Source: Vicugna vicugna (lineage: Eukaryota). From it: a stretch of 64,000 nt of DNA. The stretch covers positions 248,001 to 312,000 of the forward strand of contig MU057487.1 in assembly GCA_013265495.1 (NCBI GenBank). The letters are read 5' to 3'. Below are positions 36,863 to 50,130 of this stretch, one piece after another. The position numbers and the translations under genes are program-made. Position 1 is the first letter of the stretch, and every line of letters starts with the position of its first letter. The notes below the pieces were generated by a model, which was not told the DNA's origin, made no database searches, and saw only the letters and a program-made list of their open reading frames with translations.

Positions 36863-39457
36863 TCTCACCCACTTGGCCAGATCTCAAGCCTGGTTAAACC
36901 AGTGCAACCACTTTCTGTATATTGGGCATTGTTGGTGAAAAATACTCAACCAGGCAGAGTGGTACTCAAATAATAGATAAATGGCCTAGTAAGCCTGCTG
37001 CTAGTTAGCACTTTTTTCTTCCAGTAAAGAGCTGATCAGAAGCTTTGATGATCATTTGATATTCACCTGTGTATTGCAGGGTATGTTGACTTGTCTTCTT
37101 TCTTGTGGACCCTAAATATAGGGTTCTTTTGGATCTATCACTAAAGATTACCCAAAGAAGCATTTTCCAGTCTCCTGCACAGAAGGCATAATAAACCTGG
37201 ACGCCAATTTTCAGAGTTGAGTAGGGGAAGAGAGCAGGGGAGTGATTCTCATCATTCAGACCTCTATTCTTCTGCTCATCCCCTGCAAGGTGAGGAAGGA
37301 GGGGCAGTTACTTGGTTAGTGGAGAGAAAAAGTGAGTCTGAAGATTTATCTGCTTCTTAAACTTTCAACCAGTTCTCTTATTTTTAGCCTCACCCTCATC
37401 TCTACTTTTAGAGGTAGATGGTGCCTCTAATTTTTGAATGTGGGTTTTGTGGTATAAGTGAAAATTACTTGTGGGTTTTCTCATTGCCAACCTAGGATTC
37501 AACTTGCTTGAATCTTCTCAGTCAATTGCCTTTCTTCTATACACTTTTTTACCTTACTTTTTTTTTCTGTAATTTTCTATTTTCATTGCCTTACAGATTT
37601 GTGAGTTAAAATTTTCTTAATTGTCATTTTAATGAGATATACTGAGGGATCAAAAGTGGTATGTTCAGTTTGCCTTTTTTCTAAATAGCAGTTTTAAGTA
37701 AATTTTTTTCTGCAACTTGTTAGTAGCTAGGAATGAAGTTAGTTTTGGTACATTAGTTTTATATCTAGCATTTGTGCAGAACTCTCTTATTAATCCTAAA
37801 ATTAATCTGTAAATTCTCTTGGGATATTCTATATCTAATTAACTCTTCAGACCACTTCAGTCTGTCTTCTGCTCCCAACACTTGACCAATATTGCTCTTA
37901 CTAGGGCCACCAATTTCCTCCATATTGCTAAATAGAGGGGACACTTTTGTGTCTAATCTTAATTTGTGTGCTTTAGCAATATTCCACTTAATTTATCGAT
38001 TCCTCCTTCTTGAAGAACTCTTCTTTCTTAACTTCTTTAACATATTATCCTTTCATGTTTTCTTATACTTCCCTGGGTGCTCTTCCGCTGAGATGGATTC
38101 TCTTCTTTCAGCCCACTTGGAGTTTCTTAGAACCTGTACTTGAGCTCTTTTATGCTACTATTGTTATCATCAATATCACCACAAACAACTGTTATTGTCA
38201 TTATTGCTACCACATAATTAGCTTTTGCAACTTCTATAACCCTTTTAAAAATACCAGGTTTCTATGTCATAGAGCTTGAAAAACTTGAGACTCTATAAAT
38301 AATTTCCTAAGTGTTCAAGCAATCGACAAATCTACAGGCATATCATTACTTGTAGGATAGGAAAAGTAAGGTTTAAGCAGGAAAAATGATTGATTCCAAC
38401 AAATACAGAAAACTTGAAAGAAATTCTTATATTTCAATCTTTAAGAACTTGGCAATAAGCTTCAGAGTTCCAATCTGGCCTTATAAATGTCCAACCAAAC
38501 TAGGCAATATGGTTTACTGGGCTCTAATACTAGAATCACTAGAACTGTTCCCGACTATATGCGTTGTACAGCACAGGGTTATCAGGATTGTTAAGTATTT
38601 CTCTGGTGAACTGGATTGGCTGGTTTGGCCATGCAAAGGGTTTACATATTAGTTTAAATCCAATATATCTAAAAGGCTTAAAGAATCTTATTTAAGTATG
38701 GAAAATAGCTTTATTATTAAGCCTACAAAATAATTCTTTCCATTGTTGAAAATGTTGAACTTTAGTGAATTACTCATATTCAAATAACAGAACCTTTTGA
38801 ACCAGATGTTATCTTCCCTAGCATCAAAGTGTATTTTTTATAAACAGAGAATTTATTCTATTTGTCCTTATAATAATAATGATAATGATAGTAATAAATC
38901 TCTATTATTTACATTGAAAACAGTTAGTCAGTCCACTAAGCACTTTCATATAATTTTAAAAACAATTTCTACCAGTATAAGTATGATTATCCCATTTTCT
39001 TAAAGAGGAGACTGGAATTTAAAGATGTCACTTTCTTATGGTTCCCCAATGAATAAGGTATGGATCTGGGATTCAAATATAAGTCTAATCTGACTGCAAA
39101 TACTTTTAAGTTGTCAAATATGCTGCTTTCCTTCCTTTTACATGCAGTAGAATATGAATATGAATATGAATATGAATATATATATATGTTTATGTAATAT
39201 ATTTCCTCCAGGTAGTCTTCTTCTGTAGTTGAAGTTTATAGTAGGGGATCATTTGCTTGTTTTTTTTCCTTCTGAATTTATGTCTGTAATTTGAGCTTTA
39301 ATTTGAGTTTAGAAAAGTTCTGCATTTCTTGGTAATCTTGTAGGTAAATGCAAATAATACTGGCACTTTTTTTTCTTAGAATGAAATTCTTCATCTTTGG
39401 GCATTTACAAAATTATAATTCTAAATCTCAAACAGTAATTATCATTTGTGTTCAGAA

Positions 39458-39460
<3 letters not shown>

Positions 39461-39490
<30 letters not shown>
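39461..39490. repeat. (TG)15 microsatellite
   Basis: Read directly from the sequence. Confidence 0.95.
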
Positions 39491-39494
<4 letters not shown>

Positions 39495-39559
39495 TATTCT
39501 TGTTATCCTGCAGCTATTGGTAAATAAATGTAAAGTTATCCAGACATTTGAAAAAAGTT

Positions 39560-42160
39560 ATATGACTCATTTTCTGTTTCCTCACTCACCGATTTTCTAC
39601 AATCTGATGTAATTCTTGCTCATAAAACTGCTTTGGAAATATCACTACTGAGCTACTTCTTGGTAAATCCTAGGAACTATTTTTGGTCCTTTGCTTTTTT
39701 ACCTCTCTCTTCAGTTCTTAGTGCTCTTGGCTACTCTCTTCTTCTTGAAGGACTCTTTCTCCCTGGTTCTTTGACCTTATGTTTTTTATTTTTTGTCTGT
39801 TTCTGCTGTTTCTCCTTCATCACTTTTGTGGGCTCCAATTTCTCTACTTTTGCCATAACTGGTATTATTTTCTTACTCTGGGTATTCCGTGACTCATTCT
39901 ATCAAATTATGTGATTTAATTTATGCCAGGCGTCTCCACAGATATTTCTTTTACATATCTCGTTTTCACCCCTATACTTCTATATGTAACTGGTTATGGG
40001 GGCATTTCCCCTGGAAAGTCTCAGACACTTCAATGAGTCTCAAATGAAACTCATCATCTGCCCCTACTCCACAGTCTTTCTTTGTCCTGTATTTTCTGTT
40101 TCAGTAAATGACACCATTATCTGCTAAACTGCACTGAAGTTTAAAGTGGGAATCCATTTTGACTTCTTTTTCTTGCTCAATCTTCACAGCATCCTCTCTC
40201 CAGCTATTCCTCTAATTTTTGTCATTTTATCCATCATCACTGCCAGTCCCTTAGTTTGGTTCAGCATTATCTCTCACTTTAATTACTTGCAATAATTTCT
40301 TTTTTAATTAAGTAATTTTATTGATAAAACTTTCATATAGTAAAATGTACAGATCTTAATTGCACAATTATCAGGTTTTTGACAAATGTACATACTTGTG
40401 TAAGTAACATTTTCATCAAAATATGGAACATTTCTATTACTTCAGAAAATTCCTTTTTGATCCTTTCAAGTTAACCCCCTTCCCTCATCCAAAGGTAATT
40501 ACTTTTTAGATTTCTATTTGTGTAGATAAGTGTGATTGTACTTGAACTTTGTATAAGTGGAATCAAACAGTATGTACACTGCCATTTTTTATTTAAAATA
40601 ATGTTTTTGAGATTCATCCATGTTGCTTCATGTATCTGAAATCTGTTTTTTTTAAATTGTGGAGTAATGTTCTATTGTGAGAAGACATTACAATTTTAAT
40701 TCATTCTCTTGTTGATAGATATTTGAATTGTTTCCAGTTGTTGTCTACTACAGATAAAGCTGCTGTGAGCATTACTATAAAAGTCTTTTTGCAAACATAT
40801 GGTTTTATTTCTTTGGGGTAAATTTCTACAAGTGAAATTACTTGATCATAGGATAGGTGTATATTTAAACTTACAATAAATTATCAAACATTTTCCCCAA
40901 ATTTCTGAATCATGTAACACTTCCTTCAGCAGCTTATGACATTTCTGTTTGAGTCATATCCTTATCATTGTTTGGTGGTTTCAGTCTTCATAACTTTTCT
41001 AATTTTTAACCATTTCATGTATGTGAGGTGATATCTTAAGTTTTAATTCATGTATGTGAGGCGATATCTTAGGTTAAATTTTGTATTTCTCTGATAACTC
41101 ATTAGTCATATTGAGCACCTTTTCATGTACCTATTGACCACTTGTATATTTTTTTGTGTGTGTGAAGTGGCATTCAAGCCTTTTGATTATTTAAAAAATT
41201 GGGTTATTAGTCATTTTATTATACATTTGTGGGAGTTCTGCAATATTCTAGCTATAAGTCCTTTGTCACATACATCTCTATTTACCTGCCACATATTTCT
41301 CAACTGTAACTTGCATTTTCACTTTTCTTAATGATATATTTCAGGAAGATCATTTTTAAAATTTTGATGAAGTCAAATTTATCAATTTTTAAATTTTAGG
41401 GTTAGTACATTCTGTGTCTTAAGGTCTCTTTCCATATCTCAAAGTTACAGAGATACTCTTCTCTGTTTTCTCCCCTAAATCTTTATAGTCCAGTGGCTTT
41501 TAAACCATTCTCTTGGTTTCTCAGATTGTTCAGACCCATAATTTCTCTTCAGTTTAGTCAGAGTCACTTTTCCAAATATTAAATATAATGATGTTACTTA
41601 TCCTTCACCCACCAATTTCAACTTCCTGAGTGTTATTTGATGCCATTGGAGACAAACTCCTTAACATGGTTTATGAAGCCCTTCATAGTGTCTTTCTTTT
41701 TCAAAAGACCTTCCTGCCTCTACCCCCACACTCTACTGTTCTCTGCATGAGTTTTGCCAAACCATTTATACTTCCCTCAAAGCACTACACTCTTCTTTTC
41801 TTCTGTACTATAGCAATTTCTTTGCCTGGACTGTCTCTTTGCCTACTCATTCCCCTCTTCACCTAGGTAACTCCTACTTGTCTCTCAGTCTTTGTTTCAG
41901 TGCCACTTTCCCTAGGCAGACTTTCCTGATCTTTGAACACTGGTGCCCCTCCCACATGGTCCCAGAGTGCATCCGAGTTCTGATATTATGGTGGTTTCCG
42001 CACTATTCTCTGCTGGTTGTGTACCAGCTATGTTTCTCAATAAATTCCAAGTTCCTGGAAAGTCCAAGCTGCATCTTGTTTACTGTAGTGTATGCAGTAC
42101 TCAACAGAATTCTTATCACATCATAGGAGTAACAGAATATCTTAGATGATGGATAGAGCA
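39560..42160. mobile_element. L2 remnant interrupted by an antisense old L1 (~40300-41490)
   Basis: Pyrimidine-rich L2 motifs on both sides. The central block has minus-strand L1 3'UTR/ORF2 motifs (gagattcatccatgttg, ttgagcaccttttcatgt, ttgatgaagtcaaatttatc). Confidence 0.6.
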
Positions 42161-42685
42161 GGTAAAGATATCAACTGTGACCTAGTAAACTTTGTGTCCT
42201 TGAATCCATCATCATTTATAGTAGATATTTGATAACTGTTTGATTTGTTTTCCATCTTAGTGTCATATTTTAGTACATTAACATATATTCATTACAGAAA
42301 TTTTAAGAATACAGAAAAATGAAATTATTCATTATGTTACTTTCTATAGCTAATAACTGTTAATACTTCGATGTAATTTCTTTCCAGTCTTCTTTAGTTG
42401 TATATGTACTTTGCATGCAATTTAAAAATAAAACTTAAATCAAATAGTGTATGCAGTTTTAGATTTTAATAACTATTTCTTAAATACCTGAAAAAATGCA
42501 TACATAGATGTGATTGAAATAATGATGATTTAAAAAAAAGCCTCATATTTTTATTTCCGAGAGATCATTACTTCCTTTAGAAAGCCATTGAGTTTTCAGT
42601 TGCTCAAACATTTTTGAAGCCACTCATCAGAACTGCCTTTAGAGCCAAAGAGATATGGTTTCTTTAGAATCAGACCTGATTTTTT

Positions 42686-43157
42686 CTTTTTTTTTTACNN
42701 NNNNNNNNNNNNNNNNNNNNNNNNNNNNNNNNNNNNNNNNNNNNNNNNNNNNNNNNNNNNGTAACCACAAGTCTGTATTCTCTGTCCATGAGTCTATTTC
42801 TGTCCTGTATTTATGCTTTGTTTTTGTTTGTTTGTTTGTTTTTGTTTTTTAGATTCCACATATGAGCGATCTCATATGGTATTTTTCTTTCTCTTTCTGG
42901 CTTACTTCACTTAGAATGACATTCTCTAGGAGCATCCATGTTGCTGCAAATGGCATTATGTTGTCGGTTTTTATGGCTGAGTAGTATTCCATTGTATAAA
43001 TATACCACTTCTTCTTTATCCAGTCACCTGTTGATGGACATTTAGGCTGTTTCCATGTTTTGGCTATTGTAAATAGTGCTGCTATGAACATTGGGGTGCA
43101 GGTGTCATCCTGAAGTAGATTTCCTTCTGGGTACAAGCCCAGGAGTGGGATTCCTGG
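42686..43157 (-). mobile_element. Young 5'-truncated L1 with 15-bp TSD; contains the assembly gap
   Basis: CAGACCTGATTTTTT at 42671-42685 and 43158-43172. Uninterrupted ORF2 C-terminus (CTPMFIAALFTIAKTWKQPKCP...YHMRSLICGI*). Confidence 0.92.
42699..42760. other. Assembly gap (62 N)
   Basis: Run of n characters. Confidence 1.
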
Positions 43158-46100
43158 CAGACCTGATTTTTTAAATTCAAAACTTATCCATTTATTCAAC
43201 AAATACTTAATAAGCTGTATTTTAGGTTCTAGAATTCAACTGTAAGCAAGACAGTTCTTTTCCTTCAAGGATCTTGATTACTTTTTATTACTTTAGAATT
43301 TTTATGATAATTGTCCATTCCCAGAAAATTAAATCTTCATGCAAAGAATGATTATTTGCTATGATTAATGATTTTTAAAATAATACACTGCTATTTATTA
43401 AGAACTTTCATAACTATTCCAATGTATTTTTATTAACTGTATTATAGTTGGATTAAGTCACTATTTTGAAAGTGACCAAAGCAACTGTGAATGAGATCAG
43501 ATGAAATACAAATTTTAAAAAAATCAGTAATATTACTTCACAGCATTATCTCATGTAAAAGTGCCAAATAAGCACTTTTTCCATGACTTGCTTTGGAACT
43601 CGAAGCTTTCATGGATAAGTTGAATTTGACATACCTTTTGTAGAAGGGCAAATGCATATAAAATAAATGAAAGATGGATGGATATTTTTTGTGGCATAAG
43701 AGGAATGAGCAGAGGCATGGGAAAATGCAAGGCTTATTTGGTTAGAAAAAGTGTGAGCAGAAGAATGGAAGGAATTTTATCAGTGGTTTTCCATTAAAGG
43801 TCAAATCAGAACTACCTAGGAAACTTAAAAAAAAAATCTTCATTTTTCTGATAACCCTTTAGGTATACTCAAGCTAGAGTCTCTTTCTCCTAGAACTTAG
43901 GGAAGGGAAGGGTTGAACATGAATAGTTACCATGTTTTGTTTCTCTGTCAATGGACTTTGGGTGCCAAGTTAAGAAATTTAGACATTATTCTGTTGGCAA
44001 CTGGCATATATTTTAAGTTTTGAATCATGCAACTTTAAGGATAAGTGCTGTGTTTTAGGTAGGTCAAGATTTTGGTGGTCTGCTAGATGGAGAGTAACTG
44101 TGGTTTTTGTTTGTTTGTTTGTTTGTTTTGTTACAGTGAGACAGGATTAAAATATATTGCTGTTAAAAGAGGAATAATAATTTAATTTGTTGTGTAAGTA
44201 AAACTGTAGTAAGATAAAGCCTTTTCTAATGAAGTTTTTTATTGGATCTGAAAATTTAGATACTGTTCTTGCTTAATTTTTAAAAGTTGACTGTGAGACT
44301 GTGCAAGTAGGTTACTGCCGTTATTAGAACTGTTATAAAAGATGGCTATTTTAAGCAAATAGAACAATCACCTGTAATGCTTATACCCTCAACAGATAAG
44401 AGGCCCAAAGGAAAGGAATTCAAATTTATTTATTTTTATTTCTTAGGCATTTTCTGATAAGAGAGCATCAGTTCAAAGCATAAGAAAAAAATGAAGATAA
44501 GTGACACTTAGCTCACTCAGTTCATATGGTCAGTTTTTTATAAACTTACGAGTGTGGAATAAAGGTAGTGTGATGAGATAATGCTCCTAATTTGTTCACG
44601 AAGCTCAGTCAAGGAACAGATTCTTGGTACCTCGATTTTTCCATCTATGTGATGGTTCTGAGAATCTTTTCAAATAGTTATTTTCAGATCATATAGCCAC
44701 AGAATCAGACAACAGTTTTCATTTACATATTATCTTCTTTTTAGCTTTATAAAATTTCTAAGTTTTATTTGATATTTGTTAACATATGCAGTACGGTAAT
44801 GAAAATAGTTTCTTCACACTGGGAACAAACTGTAATATTTCACATTTAATAAATTTTGTAGTATAAGGATGTCTCTTAAAGATTTAATACTAATTAGGCT
44901 GGTTACTTGCATCTGAGAAACAGTTGCAAAATAATTATTCTCCTAACATTATATGAAGAATAAATTAGAAATGTCAGTAAACTGCCTGGTTTTGATCTTC
45001 ATTAAAATGAGATGATATTTTTAGTGTTCAGGGAGAATGTATCCATTTGTTTATTCAACAAATATTTTATCACCTATCATGAACCAGACATTATTTTAGA
45101 CACTGAAGATACAGGAGGAATAAACAAACAGTAATTGTGGCCCTAACTGTGCTTCCAGAATAACTGTTTTGTGTTATTCTCCTCAATTGTATTTTAATAC
45201 TTGAAAAATAAATGTTTGGACAGTTGTGGCAGAACGGCATGTGGCCAAATATACGTCTTCCAGTGCATCCACATTAGGCCTCAGAGTCACTGATAAGTTC
45301 TAATTGCTTGTGGAAACTGAGGCTTTTGATTCCTACTCTGAATAAATGATTATAGCTTAATTTACCCCTCAGTGAAACAATTGAATATATGTAGTAAATT
45401 TGGCTTGTTTTAGTTATTTTAAAATATTTCGTTTACTTTTTATATAAAACATGTTTTATAAAAATGTTTTTAGTGTCTGAAAGGAAGAGGTTTTATTTTA
45501 CAATTTGTATTGTTTTGGTTCAGAGACTGAAGTCCAATGAAGATATGGCAATTTCCCTCTTGATTTAAGCAATGGAGGTAGCCAAATTGGTTAAATAAAC
45601 TAAAAATTCTCATTGGGGCTTGAATTATCTTGCTGAACCCATTAGTTAAACTTAAGAATGTAAGAAATGTCATACTAGATTAAACCAGTTGTCCACAAAG
45701 CATGGTGTTATATGGGAAAATGTGATATTCCCTCCCACACAGCACAAATCTACCTCGAACATCCATCACATTCCCTTAGTAATACATCACATACCAATTA
45801 TCTACAAATCAATTTTCTACAAAGACCTCCTTTGATCCCATTTCTATTTTCAGTCAGTAATACCTCTTCAGTAATGAGTTTATTACCTCTTGTGTATACT
45901 TCACTTCCATATTCCAATAACTGTGTGAACTTCACTTTTCCAAATACCCAGTAGAGTACACTAAAATTTGGAATATGTGCCTGGCTTATCCCTTCCTTTC
46001 TTTCTTTGTCTTCCTTTAAGTATCATTCTTGCTCATCTCTTATCTTTATCATTTGAGGGGTATGAATTTTTAACTGATTTTATGTGTTGTATGTCTCATT

Positions 46101-47455
46101 CTGCAAATTGTATTTAATGGTTTATACATGCACTGAAATCTTTGCATATTCAGTCTGTCTATTAATAATCCAGGAAAATCATGTTTAGGGCTTTATCTTA
46201 CTAGAATAGCATTATCTAACATGGAGCTTAAATGGCTAATAGAGGAAATGAGATACTGTGGGACACTGTGACCACCTGTGGCTTATTCTTGGTGTGGACA
46301 TCTTCCTAAGGGTACTATCAGAGGACCATTTTACCCTGTGTGAGAAGATAGAAGCTTACCTCCTATTTTCCTTGAGTAAACATATAGTTGCTTCCAGCAC
46401 TGAGATCTTTTAGGCCTAAAGGTTATGTACCTGGTTCTGTGCATTATTTGTGAAAAAAGAAAAAAAGAATCCTATACTCTTTAGGTTGCCTAAGAAAAAT
46501 TCAGAAAAATCTGACACTTGGGAAAAAGACCAGAACCAGAACGAAAAAGAGCTTCTGTTCTTGACTGGAGGCATCATTTTCTGTCCTAAGTTTCATGGAA
46601 CATGCTAAAGAATATTTAATACTGTTTCATGTAATTTGTCCCTCCCAGCCTGACATGAGCAAAGTGATTATAAAGGGACCCACATAAGCTGATCTCTCTT
46701 CTCTGTACATGACACAAATAGAAAGCTTTGAACAAGAGTGGAAAGGCATACTGTCACTCATCTTCTCCTCTGAAGAAGCTGGGACATTCTGCTCAGCCAA
46801 CGTGTTCCCAGAGGAACACGATTTAACTTCCACTTTTCACACAGTAAGAAGCAACACTGTAGACCTGTCGCGAGGGTGATGGCAGCTTCAGAGGAGTTTG
46901 GATAAGTGTTTTTCACTCCAGTGTTTTCATGTGACCTGACTCTCATCCTCAATTTAGTTACATCTTGACCTGGAAAATGCAGCCAAGGTTTGCCTCTCTT
47001 CATTTGGCTTACCTTGATTCATGATGTGCATACCTTTCCTTCCCTTACTCCTACCCCATGCAGCTTCTTCCCCCTTTCCCTTACAATGTACCAATAAAGT
47101 CTCTCTAGATGTCTACACATACATTTACTCTATTTCCCTCAGTAGGGGTTTTACTTCCAGGGAGAGAAAATGTGTTTGAATCCCTGAAATGTGTACAAAG
47201 AATATCCACGTAAAGCAGCCTAAGAGGTTCCCCACTCCTTTTGCCAGATCTGACTATCCATATACCTGGCAGCTTCTTTAAGAACCCTCTGATAGTAAAG
47301 GAATTGATACTCTCCGTTTATCCTTAGCTTTTCTTCCCCTCCTCTCTCCATTAAACGACTGATTTTTATACAGGAGATAATAGACAAGCCTTGGGTGACC
47401 TGTTTTTTTTTTTTTCTTCCCTCCTCCCTCCCTCTTTTTTTCCGTGCGGTAAAAT

Positions 47456-47594
47456 AGTGCTGAAGAAAGAGGGCACTAGTGTACAGCCCAGATTGCATCC
47501 TTGCACCGTCTGGGTTAGAGCTGAGGCGTCTGCGAACCGAGCGTGGCTGCGGTCCTCTGGCCGGGGGACCATAGCGCTGTCTACCCGGACTCAG
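47456..47594 (+). other. GRM1: GRM1 non-coding first exon (start approximate; alternative donor at 47630)
   Basis: AGTGCTGAAGAAAGAGGGCACTAGTGTACAGCCCAG resembles the GRM1 mRNA 5'UTR as I recall it. Strong donor CAG|gtaagc at 47594/47595; no ATG in the exon. Confidence 0.75.
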
Positions 47595-48003
47595 GTAAGC
47601 CTCAAGTCCAAATTCTCCAAGCAGACCCAGGTGAGCAGACACCTTTCGGCAATGAAACCCACCCACAGTAGCAGATTCAGTCCTGGTCTATGGGGTTTTC
47701 CTCCTCGTCTCAGAGGCATCCTCGATTATTTGTTTCTTTTAGTCCTGCATTCCCGGGAAGCGTAGGGACCCATGGATGCCTAGGTTGTCTTTCTTCTTTT
47801 GCTTGCCTTACCGCCTGTGTTCTTGCATCTCACCTTGAAAAAGGGAGCCGGAGAGGGACGAGAGAGGGTGCCAACTTCATCCCCGCAGGCGGCTGAGATT
47901 TGGCGCCTCTACCCCCGAAGCGGTAGGGTTTGAATATACCTGCGGGACCACTAGCTGTAAGGCGAAGAGAATGAGGATATCGTGGTGTTGGGGAAGCGAG
48001 GAG

Positions 48004-48070
48004 GTGTGTGTGTGTGTGTGCGCGCGCGCGCGTGTGTGTATGTGTGTGTGTGTGTGTGTGTGTATGCATA
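48004..48070. repeat. Compound (TG)n(CG)6(TG)n alternating purine-pyrimidine tract
   Basis: Read directly: 67 bp of unbroken R/Y alternation. Confidence 0.95.
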
Positions 48071-48204
48071 AAGAACGCAGAGAGGCGGGTTGAAAGAGCG
48101 AAGTCTGGGGTTGGCGGGGGTGGGGTTGGGGTTTAAAGAACTGCAACTCGTTGGTCAAAGCATCAGCTCCCGGCATTGCCGGGGAAGGTCTCGGCAGCCG
48201 ACCA

Positions 48205-48225
48205 TGCACTGTCCAGGGTTCTGAA
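48205..48225 (-). promoter_or_regulatory. RE1/NRSE (REST binding site)
   Basis: Minus strand TTCAGAACCCTGGACAGTGCA versus consensus TTCAGCACCACGGACAGCGCC; GGACAG core and canonical spacing intact. Confidence 0.8.
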
Positions 48226-48473
48226 GGCGGCAGGGCTGAGCTGCCGCCGCAAGAGCAACCCGGAAGCTCCCCTCTGTTCCCTTTCTAGCAACTATGCAAA
48301 GCCCAAGGTCCTGATTTAGGCGAGTGCAGGGCCCCCTCCATTTCTTGCCTCCATCCTCGGTCGCGGGAAACAAGTTACCTTATCTGCACCCTTCCCTTGA
48401 ACGTCTACAGTAAGCTGACTTCTTGCGGGTGGGGGGATGTACCAAAATCCGACATGCGGAGACTTTACCAGGC

Positions 48474-48487
48474 GTTGCCTTAGTAAC
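48474..48487. promoter_or_regulatory. RFX X-box
   Basis: GTTGCCTTAGTAAC fits the X-box consensus GTNRCC(N0-3)RGYAAC. Confidence 0.7.
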
Positions 48488-49018
48488 TAATATGGATTTC
48501 CTTAAGCTGGCAAATTTATATTTACTACTTGGGTAGTATGTTAGGGTCTCTTCAACCCCCTTAGAGTTAAACTAGAATGTGCATTCCTTATTCGAGTTTA
48601 GTTTGAAGTAGCGCTTCCACCTTCATAATGAAAGTTTTCAAATTTCTTCTGGGGGAAAAAAAGTTGATTTTTTCAAATCCAGGAAGTTCTCTTAGGTCAA
48701 AAGACTTAATTCCCCCTCTTCTCTCTTCCCTTGTCCCTCTCAAGTCCATAAGGGGACCTGGAAGAAACTTGAAACTGCAGATGGGGGCGAGTCGGCGCGG
48801 CTCTGCGCCTCCCGGGACTGATGAGAGCACTGGGGGCAGAACGCACCACCTTCCTTCTTGGCCAGAATCCCGGAGCTGTCCCTCCAGCAGATATTATGCT
48901 GTCCTTCCAGCCCACGTAGTGAAATGGACTGGGCAATTATTAATCAACACTGGCCCCAGAGTTTTGACACAGGTCCTGTGATAATGGAGCTTTGATTTTC
49001 TTCCTCTTTTGTCCGCAG

Positions 49019-50130
<1,112 letters not shown>

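Noticed and set aside
47220..48981. ORFs across the GRM1 promoter region, including HTHT repeats
   Set aside because: Translations of microsatellite and GC-rich regulatory sequence.
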